64,000 nucleotides of DNA from Actinomycetota bacterium (GCA_035490535.1 DATHCP010000010.1:1088-65087); one strand, 5' to 3'; shown: positions 21,301-30,621, counted from the stretch's first letter. Notes: generated by a model from the letters alone, not told the origin. Translations and numbers: made by a program.

Positions 21301-22817
21301 GCCTGCGTCCTGACCAGCTCCACGGCGGCCGGCAGCCGCTCGGCGACGTCGCCGGCGAGCGTCCCCTCGCCCAGCTCCGCGCCGGCGAGGATCCCCGCCA
21401 GACCGTGCACGTACGCCGCGGCCCAGGCGGCATCGAACGGCGCCACGCCGGCGGCGAGCAGCCCTCCGATCGTGCCCGTCAGGACGTCGCCGGTACCGGC
21501 GGTCGCCAGGAACGGCGTGCCGGTCGGATTGATCCGGGCGCCCCCGTCGGCGGCGGCGATCGCCGTGCGGCTGCCCTTCACGAGCGCGACCGCGTTCGCC
21601 CGCGCCGCGAGCATCCGCGCCCCCGCCAGCCGATCGGGGCCGCCGTCGATCAACCGCGCGAGCTCGCCCAGGTGCGGGGTCAGCACGGCGTCGGCCTTCC
21701 GATCGGCCAGCAGATCGGGCTCGCGGGCGAACGCGTTCAGGCCGTCGGCGTCCAGCACCACCGGCACCGGGCTCTCGCGCAGCACTCCGCGGATCAGCGT
21801 CCGCGTGTCGGGATCGGTCGACAGGCCCGGACCCATCGCCAGGGCGTGCGCGCCCTCCAGCGCGCCCACGATGGCGTCCCGCGCGGCCGGCGCGACGGTG
21901 CCCGCCTCGGTCTCCGCCAGTGGCAGGAACACGGTCTCGGTCAGCCCCTGCTGGACCACCGGCAGGATCGAGGCCGGCACGGCGACGATCACGTACCCCG
22001 CGCCGATCCGCCCCGCGGCCTGCGCCAGCAGCCGAACGGCGCCGGTCATCCGGCGCGAGCCGGCGACGATCACGAGCGTGCCGCTCGCCTTCTTGTGGGC
22101 ATCGGCCGCCCGCTCGGGAAGGACGTCGGCGACGTCGGCCGGCTCCGTGAGCCCGCACGCGTCGGGCACGAGATCGTCCGGGAACCCGATGTCGACGACG
22201 CGGACGTCGCCCGCGAACCCCGCGCCGGGCAGCAGGACCGCGCCGATCTTCGCCGCGCCGAACGTCACGGTCAGATCCGCGCGGACCGCCGGCCCGTCGA
22301 CCGCCCCGGTCGCGCCGTCCACCCCGGAGGGGATGTCCACGGCGACCACCGGGAGCAGGGACGCGTCGAGCGCCTCGATCGCGGCGGCCGCCTCGCCTTC
22401 GGCGACGCCGTGGAAGCCGGTGCCGAAGACGGCGTCGACCACCAGGTCGGCGCGTGCGAGCTCGCGATCGAGCGCTCCGGGATCGAACGACAGGATCCGG
22501 GCGTCGGTCTCGGCGGCCAGGCGACGGGCGTTCGCCGCGGCGGGACCCTTCAGCTCGGCCGGATCGCGCAGCGTCACCGCCGCAACCGTCATCCCCCAGC
22601 GGGCCAGGTGTCGCGCCGCGACGTACCCGTCGCCGCCGTTGTTCCCCGAGCCGCACAGGACCACCGCGCGGCGGCCGTAGGTACCGCCGAGGAGATCGGC
22701 GCACGCACGGGCGACCGCCCACCCCGCACGCTCCATCAGGTCGGCCGCCCGCACGCCCCGCTCCTGCGTCGCCCGATCGAGCTCGGCGGCCTCCGCCGGC
22801 GTGACGACGGGCTTCAT
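21297..22817 (-). CDS. nnr: bifunctional NAD(P)H-hydrate epimerase / ADP-dependent dehydratase (Nnr)
   Basis: N-terminal YjeF-N VLCGSGNNGGDG; C-terminal carbohydrate-kinase domain GTGDVLTGTIGGLLA. Confidence 0.85.
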   Translation of the reverse strand: MKPVVTPAEAAELDRATQERGVRAADLMERAGWAVARACADLLGGTYGRRAVVLCGSGNNGGDGYVAARHLARWGMTVAAVTLRDPAELKGPAAANARRLAAETDARILSFDPGALDRELARADLVVDAVFGTGFHGVAEGEAAAAIEALDASLLPVVAVDIPSGVDGATGAVDGPAVRADLTVTFGAAKIGAVLLPGAGFAGDVRVVDIGFPDDLVPDACGLTEPADVADVLPERAADAHKKASGTLVIVAGSRRMTGAVRLLAQAAGRIGAGYVIVAVPASILPVVQQGLTETVFLPLAETEAGTVAPAARDAIVGALEGAHALAMGPGLSTDPDTRTLIRGVLRESPVPVVLDADGLNAFAREPDLLADRKADAVLTPHLGELARLIDGGPDRLAGARMLAARANAVALVKGSRTAIAAADGGARINPTGTPFLATAGTGDVLTGTIGGLLAAGVAPFDAAWAAAYVHGLAGILAGAELGEGTLAGDVAERLPAAVELVRTQA

Positions 22818-23188
22818 CCCGTCACCGCCACGGCGAAGGCGACCGCGTTCGTCCGCTCGTGGGTGAACGTGATCAGGACCTCGGTCACGCCGAGCGCGTC
22901 GGCTCGACGCTTCGCGTTGCCGGTCAGCGCGATCGACGGGGCGCCGGACGGATGCCGCGACACGCTGATGTCCTGCCAGCGCCGGCCCCGGTAGCCGCCC
23001 AGCGCCTTGATCACCGCCTCGCGGGCGGCGAACCGACCCGCGTAGGACTCGGCCGGACGGGCCTTCGCGTCGCAGTAGGCGATCTCGGCCGGCGTGAACA
23101 CGCGCGCGCGCATCGTCGGGTGCCGCTCGAGGGCTCGCTCCATCCGCGCGATCTCGCAGATGTCGACGCCGAGGCCGACGATCTCCAC
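22814..23188 (-). CDS. acpS: holo-[acyl-carrier-protein] synthase
   Basis: MEIVGLGVDICEIARMERA...FAAREAVIKALG. Confidence 0.85.
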   Translation of the reverse strand: MEIVGLGVDICEIARMERALERHPTMRARVFTPAEIAYCDAKARPAESYAGRFAAREAVIKALGGYRGRRWQDISVSRHPSGAPSIALTGNAKRRADALGVTEVLITFTHERTNAVAFAVAVTG

Positions 23189-23197
23189 GGAGGAAGG

Positions 23198-23905
23198 CTA
23201 GCCGCTCGGCTCCGGGGGGTCAGGAGCGTCCGGCTCGCCCCCATCTTGGCGCTCCGCCGCGGCCGGCTCCTCCGTCGCATCCTCGTCCACCGCCCGGTCG
23301 CGGCGGGCCCGCGAGGCACGCCGGCTCTCCATCGAGAGCACGAACGCGATCACGCCGATCGCCAGCAGCCCGCCGCCGATCGCGCCCGCGCCGGAGATCC
23401 CTCCCGATCCCGACCCACCCCCGCCGCCGCCCGTACCCGGTGACGACGGGGGCGCGCTCGGGCCGCCCACCGTCGGGCCGTCGCCGGGGAGGGGTGGCTG
23501 CGGGGGCGGCGCCACCCGACGGAGCTCGTCGAGGGTCATCAGCGAGCAGACATCGGCGGTCCACCGGCCGCCCACCTGCCGGAGTACCACCGCCACCGGA
23601 GAGGCCTCGGGGAACAGGATCGCGCAGTCGCTGCCGCCGGCCGCCCCCATGCTCGCGACCACGTCGACCGTCTGGTGCAGCGAGCCCTTGTAGACGCGGT
23701 CGACCCGGAAGGTCTGGACGGTCGTCATCGCATCGAGCGCTCGCTGGGAGGTGACCTCTCCCTCGAAGGCCGCGCCGGCGCGACGGAACATCTGCTTGGG
23801 CGTCATCGGCGTACATCCGCACGCGTAGCACGGCGAGGCGGTCGCCACCAGGCAGGTGCCGCACACCAGCAGGAGCGCCGCGACGCGGATCAGCCGGCGC
23901 CGCAC
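23198..23905 (-). CDS. hypothetical secreted/membrane-anchored protein
   Basis: Signal peptide MRRRLIRVAALLLVCGTCLVATA then CYACGC; Gly-rich linker; TM GLLAIGVIAFVL + basic/acidic tail. Confidence 0.5.
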   Translation of the reverse strand: MRRRLIRVAALLLVCGTCLVATASPCYACGCTPMTPKQMFRRAGAAFEGEVTSQRALDAMTTVQTFRVDRVYKGSLHQTVDVVASMGAAGGSDCAILFPEASPVAVVLRQVGGRWTADVCSLMTLDELRRVAPPPQPPLPGDGPTVGGPSAPPSSPGTGGGGGGSGSGGISGAGAIGGGLLAIGVIAFVLSMESRRASRARRDRAVDEDATEEPAAAERQDGGEPDAPDPPEPSG

Positions 23906-23914
23906 GGCAGGACG

Positions 23915-25744
23915 CTACTCGACGGTGACCGACTTCGCGAGGTTCCTCGGCTGATCGACGTCGCAGCCGCGGAGCACGGCCATGTGGTAGGCGAGCAGCT
24001 GCAGGGGCGCCGTGACGACGACGGGCGCCAGCAGTTCCGGCGTCTCGGGGACGGCCAGGACGTGATCGGCCAGGCGGGTCACCTCGGTGTCCCCCTCGGT
24101 GACGACCGCGATCACCGAGGCGCCGCGGGCCTTGACCTCCTGGATGTTCGAGACCATCTTCGGATAGACGTGGCAGGTCGTGGCCACCGCGACGACCGGC
24201 GTGCCCTCTTCGATCAACGCGATCGGTCCGTGCTTCAGCTCGCCGGCCGGATAGCCCTCGGCGTGGACGTAGCTCAGCTCCTTCAGCTTCAGCGCCCCCT
24301 CGAGCGCGGCCGGATAGCCCGTGTGGCGCCCGATGAACAGCACGTCGCGAGCGTCCCGGTACCGCTCGGCGATCGCGCGGACCTGCTCGTCCAGCTGGAT
24401 CGACCGCGCGACCTTGTCCGGCAGCTCGTGCAGCTCCGCCAACACCTGCTCGGTCTCCTCCGGGAAGCGGGTGCCGCGGACCTGCGTGAGGTACAGCGCC
24501 ACCAGCTCCTGCGCGACCATCTGCGTCGCGAACGTCTTCGTGGCGGCCACCCCGATCTCGGGGCCGGCATGCGTGTACAGGACCCCGTCGGCCTCGCGCG
24601 CGAGCGAGGAGCCGACCGTGTTCGTCACCGCGATCACCTGCGAGCCCTGGCGCCGCGCGTGCCTGGCCGCCTCCAGCGTGTCGATCGTCTCGCCGGATTG
24701 GCTGACCGCGAGCGTCAGCGTGTCCGGGCCGAGCACCGGGTCGCGGTAGCGGAACTCGCTCGCGATCTCGATCTCGACCGGCAGCCGCGTCCAGTGCTCT
24801 ATCGCGTACTTCGCAACGAGGCCGCTGTGGAACGCCGTTCCGCAGGCGACCACGAAGACCTTCGAGACCTCGCGAATGACGTCGTCGGGGACGCGGAGCT
24901 CGTCGAGCTGGAGATCGCCCGGATCGGCGCGGCCGACGAGCGTCGCGCGGATCGCCGCGGGCTGCTCGTCGATCTCCTTGCGCATGAAGGAGTCGTAGCC
25001 GCCCTTCTGCGCGGCCTCGACGTCCCAGGTGACCGTGATCGGCTCGGGCACGAGCGGCGCGCCGGCGAAGTCCGTGAACGTCGCCCCCTCCGAAGTGATC
25101 TCCACGACCTGACCCTCTTCCAGCGGGACGACACAGGTCGTGCGCCCCAGCACCGCCGGGATGTCGGAGGCGAGGATCGTCTCGCCGTCGCCGAGGCCGA
25201 CGACGAGCGGCGAGGCCACCTTCACGCCGACCAGCGTGCCCGGTGCGTCGGCGGAGGAGACCACCAGCGCGTAGGCGCCGTCCAGCTGGCGGACCGCGGC
25301 GCGCACCGCGTCGCCCAGCGAGGTGCCGTTCCCCCGCTCCTCCTCGATCAGGTGCGCGATGCACTCCGTGTCGGTCTCGGAGGCGAACACGTGGCCGCGC
25401 GCCTCGAGCGCGGCGCGGAGCTCCTGGAAGTTCTCGACGATGCCGTTGTGGATCACCGCGATCGTGCCGGAGCAGTCGACGTGCGGATGCGCGTTGCGGT
25501 CGGTCGGCGCACCGTGCGTCGCCCAGCGGGTGTGCCCGATCGCCGTCGTGGTGGGCGGGACCGGCTCGGTCGCGAGCGCCGACTCGAGCTCGGCGAGCTT
25601 GCCAGCCCGCCGGCGCACCGCCATGCCCTCCCCGGCCGCGGCGATGCCGGCCGAGTCGTAGCCGCGGTATTCGAGGCGACGGAGACCTTCCAGGACGATC
25701 GGGAGGGCCTCGTCGGAACCGACGTAGCCGACGATGCCGCACAT
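23915..25744 (-). CDS. glmS: glutamine--fructose-6-phosphate aminotransferase
   Basis: MCGIVGYVG N-terminal Cys nucleophile; SIS domains; ends ...NLAKSVTVE. Confidence 0.95.
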   Translation of the reverse strand: MCGIVGYVGSDEALPIVLEGLRRLEYRGYDSAGIAAAGEGMAVRRRAGKLAELESALATEPVPPTTTAIGHTRWATHGAPTDRNAHPHVDCSGTIAVIHNGIVENFQELRAALEARGHVFASETDTECIAHLIEEERGNGTSLGDAVRAAVRQLDGAYALVVSSADAPGTLVGVKVASPLVVGLGDGETILASDIPAVLGRTTCVVPLEEGQVVEITSEGATFTDFAGAPLVPEPITVTWDVEAAQKGGYDSFMRKEIDEQPAAIRATLVGRADPGDLQLDELRVPDDVIREVSKVFVVACGTAFHSGLVAKYAIEHWTRLPVEIEIASEFRYRDPVLGPDTLTLAVSQSGETIDTLEAARHARRQGSQVIAVTNTVGSSLAREADGVLYTHAGPEIGVAATKTFATQMVAQELVALYLTQVRGTRFPEETEQVLAELHELPDKVARSIQLDEQVRAIAERYRDARDVLFIGRHTGYPAALEGALKLKELSYVHAEGYPAGELKHGPIALIEEGTPVVAVATTCHVYPKMVSNIQEVKARGASVIAVVTEGDTEVTRLADHVLAVPETPELLAPVVVTAPLQLLAYHMAVLRGCDVDQPRNLAKSVTVE

Positions 25745-25781
25745 GGAGCTTCGAGCCTATCAACGCCTCCCCGAGAGGGGA

Positions 25782-27107
25782 TCAGCCGAAAGACCGGATC
25801 GCCTCGGCGATGGCCTCGGCGTGCCGTTTCGCGTCGGCCTCGGTCTCGGCCTCGACCATCACGCGGATCAGCGGCTCGGTGCCCGAGGGTCGCACCAGCA
25901 CGCGGCCGCCCCCGTCCAGCGTCACCTCGGCCGCGGCGACCGCGTCCGTGACGGCGGCCGACTCGAGGATCCCATCCCGTCGAGCGACGCGGACGTTCAC
26001 GAGCACCTGGGGACGCCGGCGCATCGCGCCGGCGAGCTCCGCGACGGGAACGTCCCGCGCCGCGGCGAGCGACAGGAACCGGACCGCAGTCAGCAGGCCG
26101 TCGCCGGTGGTGGCGTCGCGGCGGAAGATCACGTGCCCGCTCTGCTCGCCGCCGAGGGCGGCGCCACGCCGTTCCATCTCCTCTAGCACGTACCGGTCGC
26201 CGACCGCCGTGCGCACGAGCTCGATCCCGGCCTCGCGCATCGCGATCGCGAGCCCGAGGTTCGACATCACCGTGCCGACGACCACGTCGCCGGGGAGCTC
26301 GCCGCGCTCCCGCATCGCGATCGCCGAGGCGGCCAGGACCTGGTCGCCGTCGATCACGGAGCCGGCCGCGTCGGCGAACAGCGCGCGGTCGGCGTCGCCG
26401 TCGTGGCACACGCCGGCGTCGGCGCCACGCCGCTGGACCTCGGCCGCCACCACCTCCGGGTGCAGCGCCCCGCAACCGTCGTTGATGTTGCGGCCGTCGG
26501 GATCGGCGTTGATCGCGGTCACGTCGGCGCCCAGGCGCCGCAGGATCTCGGGGGCGATCTCGGAGGCGGCGCCGTTCGCGCAATCCACGACGACCCGCAT
26601 CCCCTCCAGGCGCGCGTCGGCCGCGCCCTCCAGGTGCCGCAGGTACCGTTCGCGAGCGTCGCCCACCGGCAGCACCTCACCGGGAGGGCCCTCGTGCGCG
26701 GCCGACCGGGCGAGCTCGGCCTCGATCTCGTCCTCGAGCGCGTCGGGCAGCTTCATGCCGTCGCGCGCGAAGAACTTGATCCCATTGTCCTCGGCCGGGT
26801 TGTGCGAGGCGCTGATCACGACGCCGCTGGAGGCGCCGAGATCCACGGTCATGAACGCGATCGCCGGGGTCGGCTCGACGCCGGCCAGCAGGACGTCCCC
26901 GCCGGCGCCGCGGATCCCCTCGGTCAGGGCGTCCTCGAGCCACGCTCCCGACTCGCGCGTGTCGCGGCCGACCACGAGCTTCGCGCGGCCGGCGCCGTGG
27001 CGTCCGAGGACCACGACCGCAGCGCGCCCGAGGCCCTCCGCGAGCTCGCGCGTGAGCTCCGTGCCGGCCACGCCGCGCACCCCGTCGGTCCCGAAGAGCC
27101 GTCCCAT
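25782..27107 (-). CDS. glmM: phosphoglucosamine mutase
   Basis: MGRLFGTDGVRG, active-site Ser loop SASHNPAEDNGIKFF. Confidence 0.93.
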   Translation of the reverse strand: MGRLFGTDGVRGVAGTELTRELAEGLGRAAVVVLGRHGAGRAKLVVGRDTRESGAWLEDALTEGIRGAGGDVLLAGVEPTPAIAFMTVDLGASSGVVISASHNPAEDNGIKFFARDGMKLPDALEDEIEAELARSAAHEGPPGEVLPVGDARERYLRHLEGAADARLEGMRVVVDCANGAASEIAPEILRRLGADVTAINADPDGRNINDGCGALHPEVVAAEVQRRGADAGVCHDGDADRALFADAAGSVIDGDQVLAASAIAMRERGELPGDVVVGTVMSNLGLAIAMREAGIELVRTAVGDRYVLEEMERRGAALGGEQSGHVIFRRDATTGDGLLTAVRFLSLAAARDVPVAELAGAMRRRPQVLVNVRVARRDGILESAAVTDAVAAAEVTLDGGGRVLVRPSGTEPLIRVMVEAETEADAKRHAEAIAEAIRSFG

Positions 27108-27119
27108 CGGACGGCAACG

Positions 27120-28502
27120 TTACCGGAGGGCGGTCGAGACCTCCGATCCCGAGCCGGAGGCAGCCGCCTGGGCCCACGCCTGGGCCCCGACCTGGAGAGG
27201 GTCCCATGGAGAGCTGAAGGGTGGCGTGTAGCTGAGATCCACGTCCGAGAGCTCCTCGACCCGCATCTCGCTGTAGAGGGCCGCGGCGGCGATGTCGATC
27301 CGCTTCGCGACCTGCCCGTTCCGGTGCCCGACGATCTGTGCCCCGAGCAAGCGACCGTCCCGTCGATCGCCGGTCGTCCTGACCGTCATCTTCGTGGCAC
27401 CGGGGTAGTAGACCTTGTGATCCCAGCCCTCGGTCTCGACCGTGAGCGGATCGTGGCCAGCCTCGGCAGCCTCGGCGGTCCGGAGGCCCGTCCGCGCGAC
27501 CGCCAGATCGAAGACCTTGACGACCTGCGTGCCAAGGCTGCCCGCGAACACCCGGTCACCCCCCACCGCGTTCTCGCCCGCGATCCGCCCCTGCTTGTGA
27601 GCGGTGGTCCCGAGCGGCATATAGGTCGGCCGCTGCAGCATGCGGTGCCACGTCTCGACGCAGTCCCCGGCGGCCAAGATGTTGGCGATGCCGGTCCGCA
27701 TCCCTCGGTCCACCACGATCGCGCCACGCACCCCGAGCTCGGCACCCGCGCTCGCCGCCAGCGCGGTGTCGGGTCGCACGCTGACCGCGATCAGCACGGC
27801 GTCCGCCGTCACGGCATCGAACCCGTCGCCGGCCACCTGGAGGGCCCGGCCCTCCTGCGTGATCCGGCGGACGGTCGCCGAGGTCCGCACCTCCACGCCG
27901 TGCGTCCGCAGCTCTCGCCCGACCAGCTCGCCCATCTCGGGATCGACCGTGGTCATCACGCTGGGGAGCTGCTCGAGGACGGTGACCGCCATCTCACGCT
28001 GCGACAACGCGTCCGCCATCTCGAGCCCGATGTAGCCCCCGCCAACGATCACCGCCGCCTCCGCGTCCGCCAACCGATCGTTCAAGGCGAACGTGTCGTC
28101 CATCGTGTGCAGGAGGTGGACGCCCTCGAGCTCGATCCCCGCGATGTCGGGACGGATCGGGACGGCGCCAGTGCCGATCACGAGCCGGTCGTACGGGACC
28201 ATCTCCGTGGTTCCCCGAGCATCCATGAGTTCGACCGTCCGCTCCGAAGGCTCGATCGCCGTCGCGCGGGTGTCGAGGAGCAGCTCGATCCCCGTCGCGT
28301 CGATCTCCTCCCGCGTGCGATGGGCCAGGTCGCGCCAGTCGGGTGTCTCCCCGCTGATGAAATACGGGATCCCGCAGATGCTGAAGTTCGGATAGCGGTC
28401 GGCGACGACCATCGTCACGTCGAAGGAGGGATCCAGCTCCCGCGCCCGCAGCGACGAGCTGATCCCCGCGTCGCTCCCACCGATCACCAGCAATCGCGGC
28501 AT
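27120..28502 (-). CDS. FAD-dependent pyridine nucleotide-disulfide oxidoreductase (CoA-disulfide reductase / NADH oxidase family)
   Basis: LVIGGSDAGISS FAD fold, single redox Cys in YPNFSICGIPYF, second Rossmann VIVGGGYIGLEMA. Confidence 0.7.
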   Translation of the reverse strand: MPRLLVIGGSDAGISSSLRARELDPSFDVTMVVADRYPNFSICGIPYFISGETPDWRDLAHRTREEIDATGIELLLDTRATAIEPSERTVELMDARGTTEMVPYDRLVIGTGAVPIRPDIAGIELEGVHLLHTMDDTFALNDRLADAEAAVIVGGGYIGLEMADALSQREMAVTVLEQLPSVMTTVDPEMGELVGRELRTHGVEVRTSATVRRITQEGRALQVAGDGFDAVTADAVLIAVSVRPDTALAASAGAELGVRGAIVVDRGMRTGIANILAAGDCVETWHRMLQRPTYMPLGTTAHKQGRIAGENAVGGDRVFAGSLGTQVVKVFDLAVARTGLRTAEAAEAGHDPLTVETEGWDHKVYYPGATKMTVRTTGDRRDGRLLGAQIVGHRNGQVAKRIDIAAAALYSEMRVEELSDVDLSYTPPFSSPWDPLQVGAQAWAQAAASGSGSEVSTALR

Positions 28503-29228
28503 CTAGCGGGTCCTCCTCGCCGACGTCCTCCCCTTGGGAGGTACCACCCGGTCACGCAACGTCGCGACGCGTGCGTCCAAGCGCGCAAGCGTTTCATCGA
28601 ACGCCATCTGGGTTCCGGCGTCGGCGGGGTCGGGCGTCGACCAGTGCAGGACGCGGGCACCGAAGATCGAGGCGCCGATCTCCTCGTGGGCGCGGTCGCA
28701 GACCGTTACCACCAGATCGGGCGTGCGTTTCACATCGCCGAGCGGCCGCGGGACGGCGCCCCCCAGACGCAGGCCCCAGCGACCGGCCGCGCGGACGGCG
28801 AGCAGGTGGACGCGGGCCTCGGGGTGGGTCCCGGCGCTCTCCGCCGGCACCTCGCTCGCCCGGTTCCACAGCGCCGCGGCCATCTGCGAACGCGCCGAGT
28901 TGCCCGTGCAGATGAACAACACCGCACCGGCCAGGATCGGGTCGGGCGAAGGCTCCGGTCCCAGCATCTGGGGGATCAGGCGCAGGTATCGGCGACGGCC
29001 GTCTCCTGCGGAGGGGATCCGTTCGACGAGACCGGCGCGCTCGAGGATCGCGACATGATGGGCGAACAGGTTCGATCGGATCCCGATGAGTTCTGCCAGC
29101 TCCGAGGGGGCGAAGTCCCCCGTCCCGAGCAGGTCGACGATGCGGAGGCGATGGGGATCGGCGAGGGCCGCGTGGACCTCGACCCGTCGGCCGAGTTCGA
29201 GGGAACCCGACCCTTGCTCAATAGTCAT
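28503..29228 (-). CDS. ArsR-family HTH fused to low-molecular-weight-phosphatase-type arsenate reductase (ArsR-ArsC fusion)
   Basis: N-terminal ALADPHRLRIVDLL...SNLFAHHVAILERAGLV (ArsR HTH); C-terminal LFICTGNSARSQMAAAL (CX5R P-loop) ... DLVVTVCD. Confidence 0.75.
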   Translation of the reverse strand: MTIEQGSGSLELGRRVEVHAALADPHRLRIVDLLGTGDFAPSELAELIGIRSNLFAHHVAILERAGLVERIPSAGDGRRRYLRLIPQMLGPEPSPDPILAGAVLFICTGNSARSQMAAALWNRASEVPAESAGTHPEARVHLLAVRAAGRWGLRLGGAVPRPLGDVKRTPDLVVTVCDRAHEEIGASIFGARVLHWSTPDPADAGTQMAFDETLARLDARVATLRDRVVPPKGRTSARRTR

Positions 29229-29286
29229 TGAGTCAAGACTAGTTGAGTATGTGGGCGCCGGTCAAGCCGTCCCCGAACGGGATCTT

Positions 29287-30027
29287 CTATGGCTTCCGGG
29301 CGCGCACGATCGCGCCGTACATGTCGTCTGCTTCTTCGTGGGTCGGACGGATCACGATGTCCTCGAAGCCCACCCGCTCCAGCCCGTCCTCGTACTCGGA
29401 GAACGACAGAGCGCCGGCGATGCACCCGACGTAACTCCCCCGGTCGGCCCGGTCCTGCGACGAGAGGCGGTCGTCCGCGACGACGTCACTGATGCCGATC
29501 CGACCGCCGGGACGGAGCACCCGGAACATCTCCGCGAGGACCTTCGGCTTGTCGGTGGACAGGTTGATCACGCAGTTCGAGATCACGACATCGACCGTCG
29601 CGTCATCGAGGGGGATGTCTTCGATGTACCCCTTCAGGAACTCGACGTTGGTCGCGCCCGCCTCCCGGGCGTTCGCCCGCGCTACCTCGAGCATCTCGTC
29701 GGTCATGTCCAGCCCGTAGACGTGGCCGCTCAGGCCGACCCGCTTCGCCGAGAGCAGCACGTCGATCCCGCCACCGGACCCGAGGTCGAGCACGGTCTCG
29801 CCCTCGTTGAGATCCGCCACGGCGATCGGGTTGCCGCATCCGAGGCTCGCTAGCACCGCCTCCTCGGGAAGGCTGCCGCGCTCGGCGTCGTCGTAGAAGC
29901 GAAGACCGAAACCATCGGCCGGCTCGCAACATCCGGCCTCGTTCCGATCGTCCGCGGCCTTGCCCTCGGCGACCGCCCGCGCTGCGGCCGCGTACCGGTC
30001 CCGGACCTGTTCCTGCAGATCGCTCAT
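29287..30027 (-). CDS. arsM: arsenite S-adenosylmethionine methyltransferase (ArsM-like)
   Basis: Conserved Cys pairs GCCEP, LASLGCGNP, VYGLDMTDEM, ISNCVINL; SAM fold VLDLGSGGG. Confidence 0.75.
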   Translation of the reverse strand: MSDLQEQVRDRYAAAARAVAEGKAADDRNEAGCCEPADGFGLRFYDDAERGSLPEEAVLASLGCGNPIAVADLNEGETVLDLGSGGGIDVLLSAKRVGLSGHVYGLDMTDEMLEVARANAREAGATNVEFLKGYIEDIPLDDATVDVVISNCVINLSTDKPKVLAEMFRVLRPGGRIGISDVVADDRLSSQDRADRGSYVGCIAGALSFSEYEDGLERVGFEDIVIRPTHEEADDMYGAIVRARKP

Positions 30028-30049
30028 CACTGCACTCCTCTCATGCATC

Positions 30050-30397
30050 TCATGCACCAAGCGGGACGGCCAGCGCCCCCCGCAGCAGCTCGATCGGCTC
30101 TGGTCGGACCCGGAAATACGCCCACCGACCCCGCTGCTCCCGTTCGAGGAGCCCGGCGTCGGTGAGGACCTTCAGGTGATGGCTGACGGTCGGCTGCGAG
30201 AGCCCGAGTGGCTCCGTCAGGTCACAGACGCACGCCTCGCCGTCCGCGTGGGCCGCGATCAGGCTCAGCAGCCGCAGCCGCGACGGATCGGCCAGGACCT
30301 GGAGCGCCCCGGCGAGGCGTTCGGCGGCCTCGTCGTCGAGCGGCTCGCGGAGCACCGGCGGGCAGCAGGTCTCGTCGATCACCTGGAGCAGCTTCAT
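30050..30397 (-). CDS. arsR: ArsR-family metalloregulator
   Basis: As(III)-binding-type motif EACVCDL (cf. ELCVCDL), HTH LSQPTVSHHLKVL; extra N-terminal DETCCPP. Confidence 0.8.
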   Translation of the reverse strand: MKLLQVIDETCCPPVLREPLDDEAAERLAGALQVLADPSRLRLLSLIAAHADGEACVCDLTEPLGLSQPTVSHHLKVLTDAGLLEREQRGRWAYFRVRPEPIELLRGALAVPLGA

Positions 30398-30403
30398 GTG
30401 GAC

Positions 30404-30423
30404 ATATTGACAGCGGTCGATAT
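30404..30423. promoter_or_regulatory. imperfect palindrome at arsR start (candidate ArsR operator)
   Basis: ATATTGAC-agcg-GTCGATAT (7/8 dyad) 7 nt upstream of arsR ATG; further TCGATATCATCG / ATCGACCACCATCGAT repeats follow. Confidence 0.35.
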
Positions 30424-30475
30424 CATCGTCAACGTATCGACCACCATCGATGTCTTTCGAGGGGAGGTGGACGCG

Positions 30476-30508
30476 ATGGAGCCGTGTTGCCCGGGCGAGT
30501 GCTGCTGA
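30476..30508 (+). CDS. 10-codon Cys-rich mini-ORF MEPCCPGECC with strong SD (speculative)
   Basis: GGGGAGGTGG 5 nt upstream of ATG; encodes M-E-P-C-C-P-G-E-C-C-stop; divergent from arsR. Confidence 0.2.
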   Translation: MEPCCPGECC

Positions 30509-30621
30509 ATGACCGCTAGCCCAACCTCGCGGTCTCGGTCGGCGGGGTCACCTCACTCGCCCCGCCGACCAGGCCGCCAGGAGCGCCGGACGGGAGGCTC
30601 GTGCCGTGACGAAGGCACCCG

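Noticed and set aside
20194-22722. 842-aa minus-strand ORF
   Set aside because: Only its 3' third (20194..21300) is the real alr reading frame. The upstream two-thirds overlap nnr in another frame and translate to Arg/Gly/Asp low-complexity sequence.
23220-25763. 847-aa minus-strand ORF overlapping glmS
   Set aside because: It is on the same strand as glmS but off-frame. glmS has the diagnostic MCGIVGY start and SIS domains, whereas this ORF is low-complexity.
25243-27231. 662-aa plus-strand ORF, plus several nested ORFs at 25453..26583 and 26403..29231
   Set aside because: They are antisense to, or off-frame with, glmS, glmM and the CoADR-like gene. They have no motifs and an Arg/Pro/Ala bias.
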